From NCBI GenBank assembly GCA_030390025.1, contig CM059431.1, positions 95,606,001 through 95,670,000 on the forward strand: DNA of 64,000 nt, given 5' to 3'. The position numbers were made by a program, and so were the translations under genes. The notes beneath the pieces were generated by a model. The model was not told the DNA's origin, did no database searches, and was given only the letters and a program-made list of their open reading frames with translations. Below, piece after piece: positions 12,316 through 25,345 of this stretch; positions within the stretch are counted from its first letter, which is position 1, and each line of letters begins with the position of its first letter. The DNA is from Squalus acanthias. Its lineage: Eukaryota.

Positions 12316-15003
12316 AGATTAGAGTCATAGAGTTATGCAGCACAGAAAGAGGCCCTTCGGCCCATCGTGTCCGCACCGGCCATCAAGCCCTGTCTATTCT
12401 AATCCCATTTTCCAGCACTTGGTCCGTAGCCTTGTATGCTATGGCGTTTCAAGTGCTCATCTAAATGCTTCTTGAATATTGTGAGGGTTCCTGCCTCTAC
12501 CACCCTTTCAGGCAGTGAGTTCCAGATTCCAACCACCCTCTGGGTGAAAACGTTTTTCCTCAAATCCCCTCTAAACCTCCTGCCCCTTACCTTGAAACTA
12601 TGCCCCCTGGTTATTGACCCCTCTACTAAGGGGAAAAGTTTATTTTATCTACCCTATCTATGCCCCTCATAATTTTGTACACCTCAATCAGGTGCCCCCT
12701 CAGCCTTCTCTGCTCTAAGGAAAACAACCCCAGCCTGTCCAGTCTCCCTTCATAGCTGAAGCGCTCCAGCCCAGGTAACATCCTGGTGAATCTCCTCTGC
12801 ACCCTCTCCAATGCAATCACATCCTTCCTGTAGTGTGGCGACCAGAACTGCACACAGTATTCCAGCTGTGGCCTAACTAGCGTTTTGTACAGCTCCATCA
12901 TAACCTCCCTGCTCTTATATTCTATGCCTCGGCTAATGAAGGCAAGTATCCCATATGCCTTTTTAACCACCTTATCTACCTGTCCTGCTGCCTTCAGAGA
13001 TCTATGTACATGCACACCAAGGTCCCTCTGATACTCTGTCCTTCCTAGGGTCCTACCATTCATTGTGTATTCCCTTGCCTTGTTAGTCCTCCCAAAATGC
13101 ATCACCTCACACTTTTCAGGGTTAAATTCCATTTGCCACTGTTCTGCCCATCTAACCAACCAATCTATATCGTCCTGTAGCCTGAGGCTTCCCTCCTCGC
13201 TATTTACCACCCCACCAATTTCCGTGTCATCTGCGAACTTACTGATCATACCTCCTACATTCATATCTAAATCATTAATGTACACTACAAACAGCAAAGG
13301 ACCCAGCACCGATCCCTGTGGTACACCACTGGACACAGGCTTCCAGTCACAAAAGCAACCTTCGACCATCACCCTCTGCCTCCTGCCACTAAGCCAATTT
13401 TAGATCCAATGTGCCATGTTGCCCTGGATCCCATGGGCTCTTATCTTCTTGACCAGTTTCCCATGTGGGACTTTGTCAAAAGCCTTACTGAAGTCCATGT
13501 AGACCACATCAACTGCACTACTCTCATCCACACACCTAGTCACCCCCTCGAAAAATTCAATCAAATTGGTCAGACATGATCTCCCCCTGACAAAGCCATG
13601 CTGACTATCCTTGATTAATCCTTGCCTCTCCAAGTGGAGACTAATTCTGTCCCTCAGAATTTTTTCCAATAATTTCCCGATCACTGATGTTAGGCTCACT
13701 GGCCTGTAATTCCCTGGTTTATCCCTACTACCCTTCTTGAATAATGGTACTATGTTAGCTGTTCTCCAGTCTTCTGGCACCTCCCCTGTGGCCAGAGAGG
13801 TTCTGAAAATTTGTGTCAGAGCTCCTGCAATCTCTTCCCTTGCCTCACACAGCAGCCTGGGATACATCTCATCTGGGCCTGGGGATTTATCCACTTTTAA
13901 GCCTGCTAAAACCGCTAGTACCTCCTCCCACTCAATACTAATTTGTTCAAGTATATCACAACCCCCCTGCCTGATTTCTATGCCTACATCGTCCTTCTCC
14001 ATAGTGAACACAGATGCAAAATATTCATTTAAAACCCCACCTACATCTTCTGGCTCTACACACAGATTGCCACTTTGGTCCCTAATGGGCCCTACTCTTT
14101 CCCTGGTTATCCTCTTGCCCTTAATATACTTATAAAACACCTTGGAATTTTCCTTTATTTTGCCCGCCAGTGTTATTTAATGCCCCCTCTTCGCTCTCCT
14201 AATTTCTTTTTTAAGTACCCCCCCTGCACTTTCTATACTCCTCTAGCGCTTCCACTGTTTTTAGTCCTTTGTATCTCCCAAAAGCCTCCCTTTTTTTCCT
14301 AATCCATTCTCGTATATCCCTTGACATCCAGGGTTCCCTGGGCTTGTTGGTCCCACCCTTGACCTTTACGGGAACATGTTGCGTTGTACTCTCTCTATTT
14401 CCTTTCTGAAAGACTCCCACTGCTCTGATGTGGATTTTCCTACAAGTAGCTGATCCCAGTCCACTTTGGCCAGATCCTGCCTTATCATATTAAAATCGGC
14501 CTTCCCCCAATTTGGAACCTTTATTTCCAGTCCATCTTTGTCCTTTTCCATGACTACCTTAAATCTCAATGAATTATGGTCACTGTCACCAAAATGCTCT
14601 CCTACTAACACATCTACCACTTGCCCATCTACATTCCCTAGAATTAGGTCCAGTACCGCCCCCTCTCTTGTAGGACTTTCTACATGCTGGCTCAAAAAGC
14701 TCTCCTGGATGCACTTTAAGAATTCCGCACCCTCTAAGCCTTTCAGACTCTGACTATCCCAGTTAATATTGGGGAAGTTGAAATCCCCTATTATTACCCT
14801 ATTATTTCTACACTTCTCTGAGATTTGCCTAAATATCTGTACCTCTATCTCCCCCTGACTGTTTGGGGGCCTATAGTACACTCCCAGCAAAGTGCTTGCC
14901 CCCTTTTTGTTTTTAAGTTCTACCCATATGGCCTCATTAGAGGAACCTGCTAAGATATCATCCCTCCTTACAGCAGTAATTGACTCCTTGATTAATATTA
15001 CAA
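12316..15003 (-). mobile_element. CR1 LINE, 5'-truncated (partial endonuclease, RT, 3' UTR), frameshifted
   Basis: ORF pieces 14366-14890 (YRPP, GDFN, SDHN), 13400-14140 (KSPGPD, YRPVSLTS) and 12626-13372 (PQGSVLGP, FADD). Confidence 0.95.
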
Positions 15004-15141
15004 CCTTAAATAAGTCTATAAGGGATCACTAGGGTCTGTTGGTGATTAAGATTGAGAATTAGTAAAGGTAAAAAAAAATTATTTGATTATTCTGTAGTTT
15101 AAAACCCTAACATTAAATGACTGACAGTGTGTATGATATGA

Positions 15142-15587
15142 TGTAATGCTGACATTGAAAAGGGGACATCTACCTTTGGAAATCATGAATGGTGAGTGAC
15201 AGTTTAAAACATAGTTCAGCACCTATGGACTAGAATTATACTGTATAAACAGTCTACCTCATTATGTGAGCATGCAATAGAAGAAGTAAAAAGTGGTGAA
15301 TATATTGGACATCCTGGAAAGATGTATGTTACACATCTTGGGGAGTTAAGGGTTAACAGTTGAACTTCTTTGTAACTTAAAACAACAGGCTTTCCAAGAT
15401 ATGAACAGGATGTCAGTAATGAAACATAGCTTTAGTTTTAGGGTAATAAAACGGGTTATCAAATCCATTTGTGGAGAACTTGTTTAATTTAAGTAGTTCT
15501 GGAGTAAACAAACTACAACTGTTTACATCAATAGTCTGGTTTCAAAGGATTTGGGGAATAGATACGTCGTACAGTCTTATCTATGAC
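15142..15587 (+). repeat. 3' LTR, 5' part (start uncertain)
   Basis: Clear similarity to the 5' LTR from ~15305; TGTAATGCTGAC at 15142 resembles the first LTR start. Confidence 0.65.
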
Positions 15588-16500
15588 CTGAAAAGAGTCA
15601 GCTTCAGAGGCGGCAGAGAATAAGGAGAGCGCAAGGCCGAGGCAGTGCGGACCTGAAAGGAGTCGGCATCGGAGGAAGCAGCGAACCAAGAGAGCGGCAG
15701 GCCGAGGCAGCGCGGACCTGAAAGGAGTCAGCACCGAGGAGGCAGAGAATAAATAGAGCGGGACCCGAGGACAGTGCAGACCTGAGCAGTGGCAGCACCG
15801 AGGAGGCAGAGAATAAATAGAGCGGGACCAGAGGACAGTGCGGACCTGAGCGGCAGCACCGGGGAGGCAGAGAATAAATAGAGCGGGACCCGAGGACAGT
15901 GCGGACCTGAAAGGAGTCGGCACCGAGGAGGCAGAGAATAAATAGAGCGGGACCCGAGGACAGTGCGGACCTGAGCAGTGGCAGCACCGAGGAGGCAGAG
16001 AATAAATAGAGCGGGACCCGAGGACAGTGCGGACCTGAGCAGTGGCAGCACCGAGGAGGCAGAGAATAAATAGAGCGGGACCCGAGGACAGTGCGGACCT
16101 GAGCGCTGACAGCACCGAGGAGGCAGAGAATAAATAGACTGGGACCCGAGGACAGTGCGGACCTGAGCGGCAGCACCGGGGAGGCAGAGAATAAATAGAG
16201 CGGGACCCGAGGACAGTGCGGACCTGAGCGGCAGCACCGGGGAGGCAGAGAATAAATAGAGCGGGACCGGAGGACAGTGCGGACCTGAGCGGCAGCACCG
16301 AGGAGGCAGAGAATAAACAGAGCGGGACCCGAGGACAGTGCGGACCTGAGCAGTGGCAGCACCGAGGAGGCAGAGAATAAATAGAGCGGGACCCGAGGAC
16401 AGTGCGGACCTGAGCAGTGGCAGCACCGAGGAGGCAGAGAATAAACAGAGCGGGACCCGAGGACAGTGCGGACCTGAGCAGTTGCAGCACCGAGGAGGCA
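15588..16500 (+). repeat. Tandem array of 60/63-bp GC-rich units at the CR1 5' end
   Basis: About 12 conserved copies of GAGGCAGAGAATAAATAGAGCGGGACCCGAGGACAGTGCGGACCTGAGC(AGT)GGCAGCACCGAG plus ~2 degenerate copies. Confidence 0.97.
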
Positions 16501-19500
16501 GTACATGTCCAACGCATTCTAAAACAACAGCAAAAAAACAAGGAGTGACATCATAGGAAAGCAGGTAGATGATTGGTGGACGTTTCCTGTGCCCTGGACA
16601 ACCAAATGTGCAGGAAGTGTCATCAGCTGGAGGAGCTCGAGCCCCGGGTTTTGGAGCTTCAGTAGCTGCTGGCGTCACTGCGGTGCATCCGTGAGGCTGA
16701 GAGTTTGTGGATAGCACATTTCAGGAGGTGGTCACCCTGCAGTGTAAGAGTGTACAGGCAGATAGAGAATGGGCGACCGCCAGACAGACAAGGAGGACCA
16801 GACAGGGAGTGCAGGAGTCCCCTGAGTGCATCTCATTCAGTTCTAAATACTGGTGAGGGCGATGGTTCCTCTGGGGAGTACAGCCAGAGCCAAGTCCACA
16901 GCACCATGGGTGGCTCAGCTGTACAGCGGGGGAGGAGGACGTTCAGGAAAGCAATAGTATTAGGGGATTCAATAGTTAGGGGAATAGACAGGTGTTTCTG
17001 CGGCTGCAGAAGTGATTCCAGGATGGTATGTTGCCTCCCTGGTGCCAGGGTCAAGGATGTCACTGAGCAGCTGCAGGACATTCTGAGGGAGGAGGGTGAA
17101 CAGCCAGAGGTTGTGGTCCATATCGGCATCAACGACATAGGCAGAAAGAGGGACGAAGTCCTGCAAGCTGATTTTAAGGAGCTCGGAAAAAGATTACTAA
17201 GCAGGACATCAAACGTCTCTGGATTACTCCCATTGCCACAAGCTACTGAGTATAGAAATAGGGGGCTAGAGCAGATGAATGTGTGGCTGGAGAGATGGTG
17301 CAGGAGGGAGGGTTTTAGATTCCTGGGACATTAGGACCGGTTCTGGGGGAGGTGGGACCTGTAAAGGCCAGACGGGTTGCTCCTCAACAGAGCCGGGACC
17401 AATATCCTCGCGGGGGTCGGGGGGGGTTGGGGGGGGGGGCGGGGGGCGGGATTTGCAAGTGCTGTTGGGGAGGGTTTAAACTAATTTGGCAGGGGGGTGG
17501 GCACCAGGTGGTAGCATTAGAAAGGAGAAACAAGGTACACAAAGGATTGGGAGAGAGAGATAGCACTAGAGTAAGAAATAGTAAGGTATTAGGTGGGGTC
17601 AGACTAGAGCACAAGAAGGTCTAAGATAGGTTTACAAGGCATGTGTGTAAACGCACAAAGCATGGTAAGGTTGGTGAGCTGCAGGCGCAAATAGCCACAT
17701 GGGAATATGATGATGTGGCGATAACGGAGACCTGGCTCAAAAAAGGGCAGGATTGGGTTTTAAATATTCCTGGATATAAGGTGTTCAGGAAAGATAGCGA
17801 AGGAAAGAAAGGAGGTGGGGTGGCAGTATTGATTAAGGAGCATGTTACAGTGTTGGAGAGAGAGAATGTCCTGGAGGGGTCAAGGACAGAATCTATTTGG
17901 TTAGAGTTAAGAAACAATAGAGGTCCCATTACACTACTAGGTGTATTCTATAGGCCACCAACTAGTGGGAAGGATATGAGAAGCAAATTTGCAGGGAAAT
18001 TACAGAGAAGTGCAAGAAGTATAGAGTAGTGATAATGGGGGGCTTCAACTATCCAAATATAGACTGGGATGGTAATAGCGTAAAGGGCAGAGAGGGGGAA
18101 GAATTTCTTAAGTGTGTTCAGGAGAACTTTCTTGATCAGTACGTTTCCAGCCCAATGAGGAAGGAGGCATTGCTGGATCTAGTTCTGGGGAATGAGGTGG
18201 GGAAAGTGGAGCAAGTGTCAGTAGGGGAACATTTAGTGAATAGTGATCATAGTATCATAAGGTTTAGATTAGCTATGGAAAAGGACAGGGAGAAATCTAG
18301 AGTAAAAATACTTAATTGGAGGAAGGCCACTTTCAGTGGGTTGAGAACGGATCTGGCTCAGGTAAATTGGAATCAAAGATTGGCAGGCAAAACAGTAATC
18401 GAACAAGAGGAGATGGTTCGGGAACAGTTGAGGTACATTCCCACGAGGGGGAAAGGTAGGGCAACCAAAGTCAGAGCTCCCTGGATGATGAAAGTGTTAG
18501 AGAGTAAGATGAAGCAGAAAAAGAGGGTTGAGAATGCAAGTGAGAATCAGGCTGAATATAGAAAGTTCAGAGGGGAAGTGTAAAAGGAAAAAAGAGGGGC
18601 AAAGACAGAGCATTAGTATACATTGGCAGCTAACATAAAGTGGAATCCGAAAGTCTTCTATATAAATAATAAACAGGTATTAAGAGGAGGGGTGGGGCCA
18701 ATTAGGGACCAAAAAGGAGACCTATGCATGGAGGCAGAGGGTATGGCTGAGGTACTAAATGAGTACCTTGCATCTGTCTTCACCAAGTAAGAAGATGCTG
18801 CGAAAGTCATAGTGAAAGAGGAGGTAGTTGAGATACTGGATGGGATAAAAATTGATAAAGAGAAGGTACTGGAAAGGCTGGATGTAAAAGTAGATAAGCC
18901 ATCAGGACCGGATGGGATGCATCCTAGGATGTTGAGGGAAATAAAGGTGGAAGTTGCGGAGGTACTAGCCATCATCTTCCAATCTTCCTTAGATACGGGG
19001 GTGGTGCCAGAGGATTGAAAAATTGCAAATGTTACACCCTTGATCAACAAAGGGTGTAAAGATAAACCCAGCAACTACAGGCCAGTCGGTTTAACCTTGG
19101 TAGTGGGGAAGCTTTTAGAAACGATAATCTGGGGCAAAATTAACAATCACTTGGACAAGTGTGGATTAATTAAGGAAAGCCAGCACAGAGTTGTTAAAAG
19201 CAAATCATGTTTAACTAACTTTATTGAGTATTTTGATGAGGTAACAGAGAGGGTTGATGAGGGCAATGTAGTTGATGTGGTGTACATGTGCTTCCAAAAG
19301 GCATTTGATAAAATGCCACATAATAGGCTTGCCAGCAAAGTTGAAGCCCATGGAATAAAAGGGACAGTGGCAGCATGGATACGAAATCGGCTAAGTGACA
19401 GGAAACAGAGAGTAGTGGTGAACGGTTGATTTTCAGACTGGAGGAAGGTACACAGTGGTGTTCCCCAGGGGTTGTTAGTAAGACCACTGCTTTTCTTGCT

Positions 19501-20446
19501 TAATGACTTGGACTTGGGTGTACAGGGCACAATTTCAAAATTTGCAGATGACAGAAAACTTGGAAGTATAGTGAACAGTGAGGAGGACAGTGATAGACTT
19601 CAAGAGAACATAAACAGGCTGGTGGAATGGGCAGACACGTGGCAGATGAAAATAACGCAGAACAGTGTGAAGTGATACATTTTGGTAGGAAGAACGAGGA
19701 GAGGCAATATAAACTAAAGGATACAATTCTAAAGTGGGTGCATGAACAGAGAGACCTGGGGGTATATGTGTACAAATCGTTGAAGGTGGCAGGGCAGGTT
19801 GAGAAAGCGGTTAGAAAAGCATACGGGATCCTGGGTTTCATATATTGCGGCATAGAGTACAAAAGCAAGGAAGTTATGATGAACCTTTATAAAACACTGG
19901 TCCGACCTCAACCGGAGTATTGTGTCCAATTCCAGGCACCGCAGTTTAGGAACGATGTGAAGGCCTTAGAGTGGGTGCAGAAAAGATTTACAAGAATGGT
20001 TCCAGGGATGAGGGTCTTCAGTTATGTGGATAGATTGGAGAAGCTAGAGAGCAAAGAAGTTTGAGAGGAGATTTGCTAGAGGTGCTCAAAATCATGAGGG
20101 GTCTGGACAGTGTAGATGGAGAGAAACTGTTCCCATTGGCAGAAGGGTCGAGAATCAAGGACACAGAGTTAAGGTGATTGGCAGAAGAACCAAAGACGAC
20201 ATGAGGAAAAGCTTTTTTATGCAGCAAGTGGTTAGGATCTGGAATGCACTGCCTGAAAGGGTGGTGGAAGCCGATTCAATTGTGCCTTTCAAAAGGGAAA
20301 TGGATAAGTACCTGAAGGAAAAACAATTGCAGGGCTACGAGGAAAGGGTGGGGGAGTGGAACTAGCTGAAGTGCTCTTGCAGAGAGCCGGCACGGGCTCG
20401 ACAGACCGAATGACCTCCTTCTGTGCTGCAACCATTCTATGATTCT
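15588..20446 (+). mobile_element. Near full-length degenerate CR1 (ORF1 with CxxC and SGNH esterase; ORF2 EN-RT)
   Basis: CRKC near 16607; IVLGDSIVRG and HIGINDI in ORF 16705-17334; ITETWL, YRPP, SDH and RT motifs downstream; ATTCTATG tail; inserted into the 3' LTR. Confidence 0.92.
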
Positions 20447-20657
20447 ATTTTCCTTTGATGTAGTCAAAATATGGTGTATAAGGGATCATGGTTTTCAACA
20501 GTATCTCGACAGATACAGAAACCGGGAAAAAATCACTCTCTGTACGCAGTGAAAGACTGATCACCTTTTATTGTGTATCAATAAAGTCTGTTCCGTATAC
20601 TCCACTGCGAAGTCTTGTGCTTACTCGAAACGTGTTGTTGTGAACCAGAGGAGAAAG
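20447..20657 (+). repeat. 3' LTR, 3' part
   Basis: Resumes at ATTTTCCTTTGATGTAGTCAAAATATGG, matching 8069 onward; AATAAA at 20580. Confidence 0.8.
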
Positions 20658-20708
20658 TAAGTTGACTGCTAACAGCTAGATGTGTAAATTATTGGTTAGC
20701 TAACTTAC

Positions 20709-20907
20709 TTGTTGGCCATATTTGTAGAGAAGACATATATAACTTTAGAAGGGTTCTTTTGGGTGCTGCTGGATTCTGGCATCAGATTCTGGCTTCCAAC
20801 GGAATTGTGGGAGGGAGTGGAAGACCTACTGGCACCTGGATTGGAAGAAGGGAGGGTGTGTGTTGCCAACTGTTCCTGGGACTTGACACTCTCAGCGGAG
20901 TTACAGT
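20709..20907 (-). CDS. BCL9: BCL9 next coding exon, containing the start of HD1 (Pygopus-binding)
   Basis: Translation (D)CNSAESVKSQE...RSSTPSH...QKNPSKVIYVFSTNMANK matches BCL9 ECNSADHIKSQD...RSSTPSH...QKTPAKVVYVFSTEMANK. Acceptor ttacag, donor GTAAGT; the phase-1 start joins the 60585 exon in frame. Confidence 0.92.
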
Positions 20908-21174
20908 CTGTAACACAATACACACAATCAAAAAAGGGAAACATTCAAAAATAGCTAAAAATGTAAAAATCACATTTTCTTTTGGACCTTCAACCTTACT
21001 TCTCTTTGATGCAATTCCTCACCCCTAGTGTCCTTGCATACCAGTTAAGACATATGTAAGTAAATGCTTCCCTGAATTTAAGCTTTCAAGACTATGCAGG
21101 TTGACACTCCTGTAATGGACAGATCGTGGCCAATATACTAGTCTAGCACTCAGAGATGGTTATCTGTTCAGATT

Positions 21175-21520
21175 ATAGGATAAGACCATTCATTAGCTCA
21201 TTATTTACCAGGGAGAGTAACATGGTGGATATGACATTAGAAGAGATCAAAACGACATAAAGACATTGGGAGGAGATAATTAATAAAAGAATCAAACTTA
21301 GGGAGGATAAAACCCCTGGTATGGATGGATTGCATCCGTGCATATTAGAAGAAGTTAGGACAGAAATAGCAGAGGCACTATTACACATAAACATTTATTA
21401 GAAAAGGGAATAGTGCCAGAGGACAGGCGGACAGCTAATGTGATTCCTATATATAAAAGGGAGATAGTCCAGGGAACGAAAGGCCAGTTAGCATAATGTC
21501 GGTGGCAGGAAAGATATTGA
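21175..21520 (+). mobile_element. Old CR1 ORF2 fragment
   Basis: KTPGMDGLHPCILEEVRTEIAEAL and VPEDRRTANVIPI-like remnants. Confidence 0.7.
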
Positions 21521-21529
21521 TAGATAGAT

Positions 21530-24500
21530 AAATAGAATGATACAGTGCAGAAGGAGGCCATTCTGGCCATCATGCCTGTGCCGGCTCCCTGAAAGAGCTA
21601 TCCAATTAGACCGATTCCCCTGCCCTTTCCCCATAGCCCTGTAAATTTTTCCCCTTCAAGTATTTATCCAATTTCCTTCTGAAAGTAATTGTTGAATCTG
21701 CTTCCATCACCCTTTCAGGCAGTGCACTCCACATCAGAACAACTCGCTGTGTTAAAATTATTCTCACTCACCTCTGGTTTTTTGTCAATTTACCTTAAAT
21801 TTGTGTACTCTGGTCACTGGCCCTCTGCCACTGGGAACAGTTTCTCCTTATTTACTCTATCAAAACTCTTCATGATTTTGAACACCTCTATTATATCTCC
21901 CCTTAACCTCCTCTGTTCCAAGGAGAACAAGCCCCGCTTCTCCAGTCTCTCCTCATAACTAAAGTCCTTCATTCCTGGGACCATTCTAGTAAATCTCCTC
22001 TGCATCCTCTCTACGGCCTTGACATCCTTCCTAAAGTTTGGTGCCCAGAATTGGACACAATACTCCAGCTGGGGCCTAACCAGTGTTTTAAAAAGGTTTA
22101 GCATAACTTCCTTGCTTTTGTACTCTATGCCTCTGTTTATTAGGCCCAGGATCTTGTATGCTTTTTTAACAGCTGTCTCAACTTGTCCTACTATCCTCAA
22201 AGATTTGTGTATGTACACCCCCAGTTCTCTCTGTTCCTGCATTCCTGTTCAAATTGTGCATTTAGTTTATATTGCCTCTCCTCATTCTTCCTACCAAAAT
22301 GTATTACTTCACACTTAAATTTCATCTGGCATGTGTCTGCCCATTTCACAAATCTGTCTATGTCCTCCTGAAGTCTATTACTATCCTCCTCACCGTTTAC
22401 TACATTTCCGAATTACGTGTCATCTGCAAACTTTGAAATTATGCCCTGTATACCCAAGAACAGGTCATTAATATATATTCAAAAGACAGTGGTCCTAATA
22501 TCGACCTCAGGGGGACACCACTGTTTATTTCCCTCCAGTCTGAAAAATAACCGTTCACCACTATTCTCTGCTTTCTGTCTCTAAACCAATTGCGTCTCCA
22601 CGCTGCCACTGCCCCTTTAATCCCATGGGCTTCAATTTTGCTGATAAGTCTATTAAGTGGTAATTTATCAAACGCCTTTTGTAAGTCCATATCCACAACA
22701 TCAACCGTGCCACCTTCATCAACCCTCTCCATTACTTCATCAAAGAACTCTATCAAGATTTGCCTTTAACAAATCTGTGCCAGCTGTCATTTATTAACAT
22801 ATATTTTTCCAAGTGACAACTAATTTTGTCTTGGGTTATTGTCTTTAAAAGTTTCCCCACCATCGATGTTAAGCTGACTGGCCTGAAGTTGCTGGATTTA
22901 TCCCTGTCTCCCTTTATGAACAGGGGTGTGATATTTTTGAAATCCTCCAGTCCTCTGGCACCGCTCCCATATCTAAGAAGGATTAGAAAATTGTGGCCAG
23001 AGCCTCTGGTAGCTCCACCTCTACTTCCATCAGCAGCCACGCATCCCATCCGGATCAGGTGACTTTTCTACTTTGAGCACTGCGAACCCTTTACGTACCT
23101 GCTCTTTATCTATTTTTATCCTCTCTACTTTCACTACTACCTCTTCTTTAGTGAAGACAGATGCAAATTAATCATTTAGTAAATCAGTTATGCCTTCTAC
23201 TTCCAAAATAACATCTCCTTTCTGGTCCCTAATTAAACCCACCCTTCCTTTGACTGCCCCTTTACTATTTATAGGCTTATAAAAGACTTTTGGGTACCCT
23301 TTTATGTTATCCGCTAATCTATTCTCATGCACCTTCTTTGCCCATCTTTTGTTTTTCAGTTCTCCTCTGTACTTTCTGTATTCAGCTTGGTTCTCTACTG
23401 TATTATGAGCCTGACATTTATGACAAACCTCCTTTTACTGTTTAATTTTAATCTCTATGGCTGGTTATTTTTGACAGCAGGTTGGAAACCGGTTGTCATC
23501 CCGCGCCCACATGCCTTTTCCCCAGGCGCGACTGTCATCGCGGCGCTGATCCGACCGGCAAAGATGGGCAACCCAATTGAAATCATTAGCAAGTAGTTTA
23601 CAGGCACTTAAGAGCCTTTTTCCACTTACTTTTTAAATTTCTCTGCATGGCCACAGAATTGCAGCTCGAGAACCATGTCTGTCAACCTGAGGCGGGAGTT
23701 CTGTGGCCATTGCTCCAGCTGATTACTTGACAGCATCAAATGTACAGTAAAAGCTCCCACCTGACAGATGATCACTTTCCTCAGGCAGAAGCTGTTGCTC
23801 AGTCCATTTCCAGTACAGATTCTGCAGGCTGCACTTGTTTCCAGCAAAGTCTCCAGCCAGTGTCACCTCATTGGAAGAACCTCTCTCACCATTGACAGAT
23901 TGCTTCTGTCATCTGTACTTCACCTGCCATCTATTACATCAACATGGGCGCCGTTTATACTGTCTCACCTTGGTCCTCAGAATCGGACCACGATGAGCCC
24001 CAACACCAGCTGCACCAGGCACACCAGCAGCACCAACAACAACACCAACCTTCTCTGCAATTACCTGATGCTGCACAGGACACAGGGCATCAGCACCCGA
24101 GCACATTGCTGCCCGGGAGGCCAGGGATGGCCTCATCATGGCCAGATTTACTTTACTTGACGCTGTACACCCATATGGCTGCCACGTGATGTGCCAGGTT
24201 GACACCACCCCACAACAACACCATAAAGCATCCCCACAATGACCAAGCCATTCCTTTCACACTCATCACCATTGTGGGGGGTGTCATTATGCCTCACCAT
24301 TCACTGCAACTCACGAAGCCACTTCCAAAGGTGCATACAAATTTGCTTAAAGTGCTTAAAATAAAGATTTTTATGTTTGACACCACATTAACAGAAACGT
24401 TACATAAACATTGGATAAAACACCCAAGTGGCTACCCTTTTGTGTTGTTAGTTGGTATGATTGCACTAGGATGAGGGTGAGTGTGAGGGGTGGCGAGTGA

Positions 24501-25345
24501 GATGGGGATGTGATAATGTAAATAAAGAGAGATGGGTGGAGGTGCAAGGTAAGTTGGTGTGAGTAAGGATGTGCAGGAGTAGGGTAGGGAAGGCAGAGTG
24601 ATGGGGATGTGATGAGTGTGGCTTTGTACTAATGTTTCCTGATCTAATGAGATCATTGAAACGTTTGTGGCACTGGAAGGGAAGAGGAGCTCCCTGCATG
24701 CTCTAACACCCTCCATATGGAGGGAGTCATTGGAGAGCCTGGGTGCAGCCCTCTGCCTCTGTGCAGTCATTGTCAGTGTTTGCAGCACTCCAATGCTGTA
24801 GCGCACTGACAGCACTATGTTAGATTAAACTTCAAATCTAATGTGGCCTTGGTCCCTTTAAAGATCCCGTCTGAAAACGCATCATGAATGACGTTACCAG
24901 ACCCGCTCCATCTCATTGGGCTGCGTAACGTGCTGGGTGGGCTTAATAGGCCCCATTAAGGTAAGTTCATTTTCAACAGTGGGATGGAGCCAGCAGCGGG
25001 GTCATGACCGCCAAACATACTGCTCGCACCAGACCCACCCAGGTAGGCAAAATTCCGGCCTAAATCTTTAGTTATCCAGGGAGCTCTAGCTTTAGATGCC
25101 CTTTCTTTCCCCCTCATGGGAATGTGTCTTGTCTGTACCTGAACTATCTCCTCTTTGAAGGTCTCTCATTGCACATTTACTGCTTTACCTGCCAATTTTT
25201 GATTTAAAGGCACTATGCCAGATCCCCTTTCAACTCTCTGAAATTAGCCCTTCCCCAGTTGAGTATTTTTACATTTGATTGTTCCTTGTCCTTTTCCATA
25301 TCTACTCTAAACCTAATGATATTATGATCACTGTTTCCTAAAAAA
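21530..25345 (-). mobile_element. Degenerate CR1, split by a Harbinger derivative at 23459-25060
   Basis: ORF pieces 21814-22242, 22439-22756, 22753-23049 and 25213-25345 carry CR1 ORF2 motifs. Confidence 0.9.
23459..25060. mobile_element. Internally deleted Harbinger (second family)
   Basis: Imperfect TIRs GGCTGGTTATTT and AAAATTCCGGCC; flanks TAT/TAA; transposase-like N-terminus MGAVYTVSPWSSESDHD (+, 23944) similar to H4; Myb remnant RAAPRLSNDSL...QCHKRFNDLIRSG (-). Confidence 0.7.

Larger units (their letters stand above)
7568..20657 (+). mobile_element. ERV-like LTR element with no recognisable pol, interrupted by two CR1s and a Penelope fragment
   Basis: Direct repeats ~7706-8284 versus ~15305-15587 plus 20447-20657. 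The 5' copy starts TGTAATG, ends TATCA, and is followed by a PBS-like TGGTGCC. Confidence 0.75.

Noticed and set aside
15588..16500. CRISPR-like array
   Set aside because: No unique spacers, no cas genes, vertebrate context.
15528..16717. Three long minus-strand ORFs (302-337 aa)
   Set aside because: Artefact of stop-free tandem units whose lengths are multiples of three.
1..20700. Next BCL9 exon (AAEAVL...)
   Set aside because: Not found by eye in the non-repeat stretches; probably outside the window, though a short exon could have been missed.
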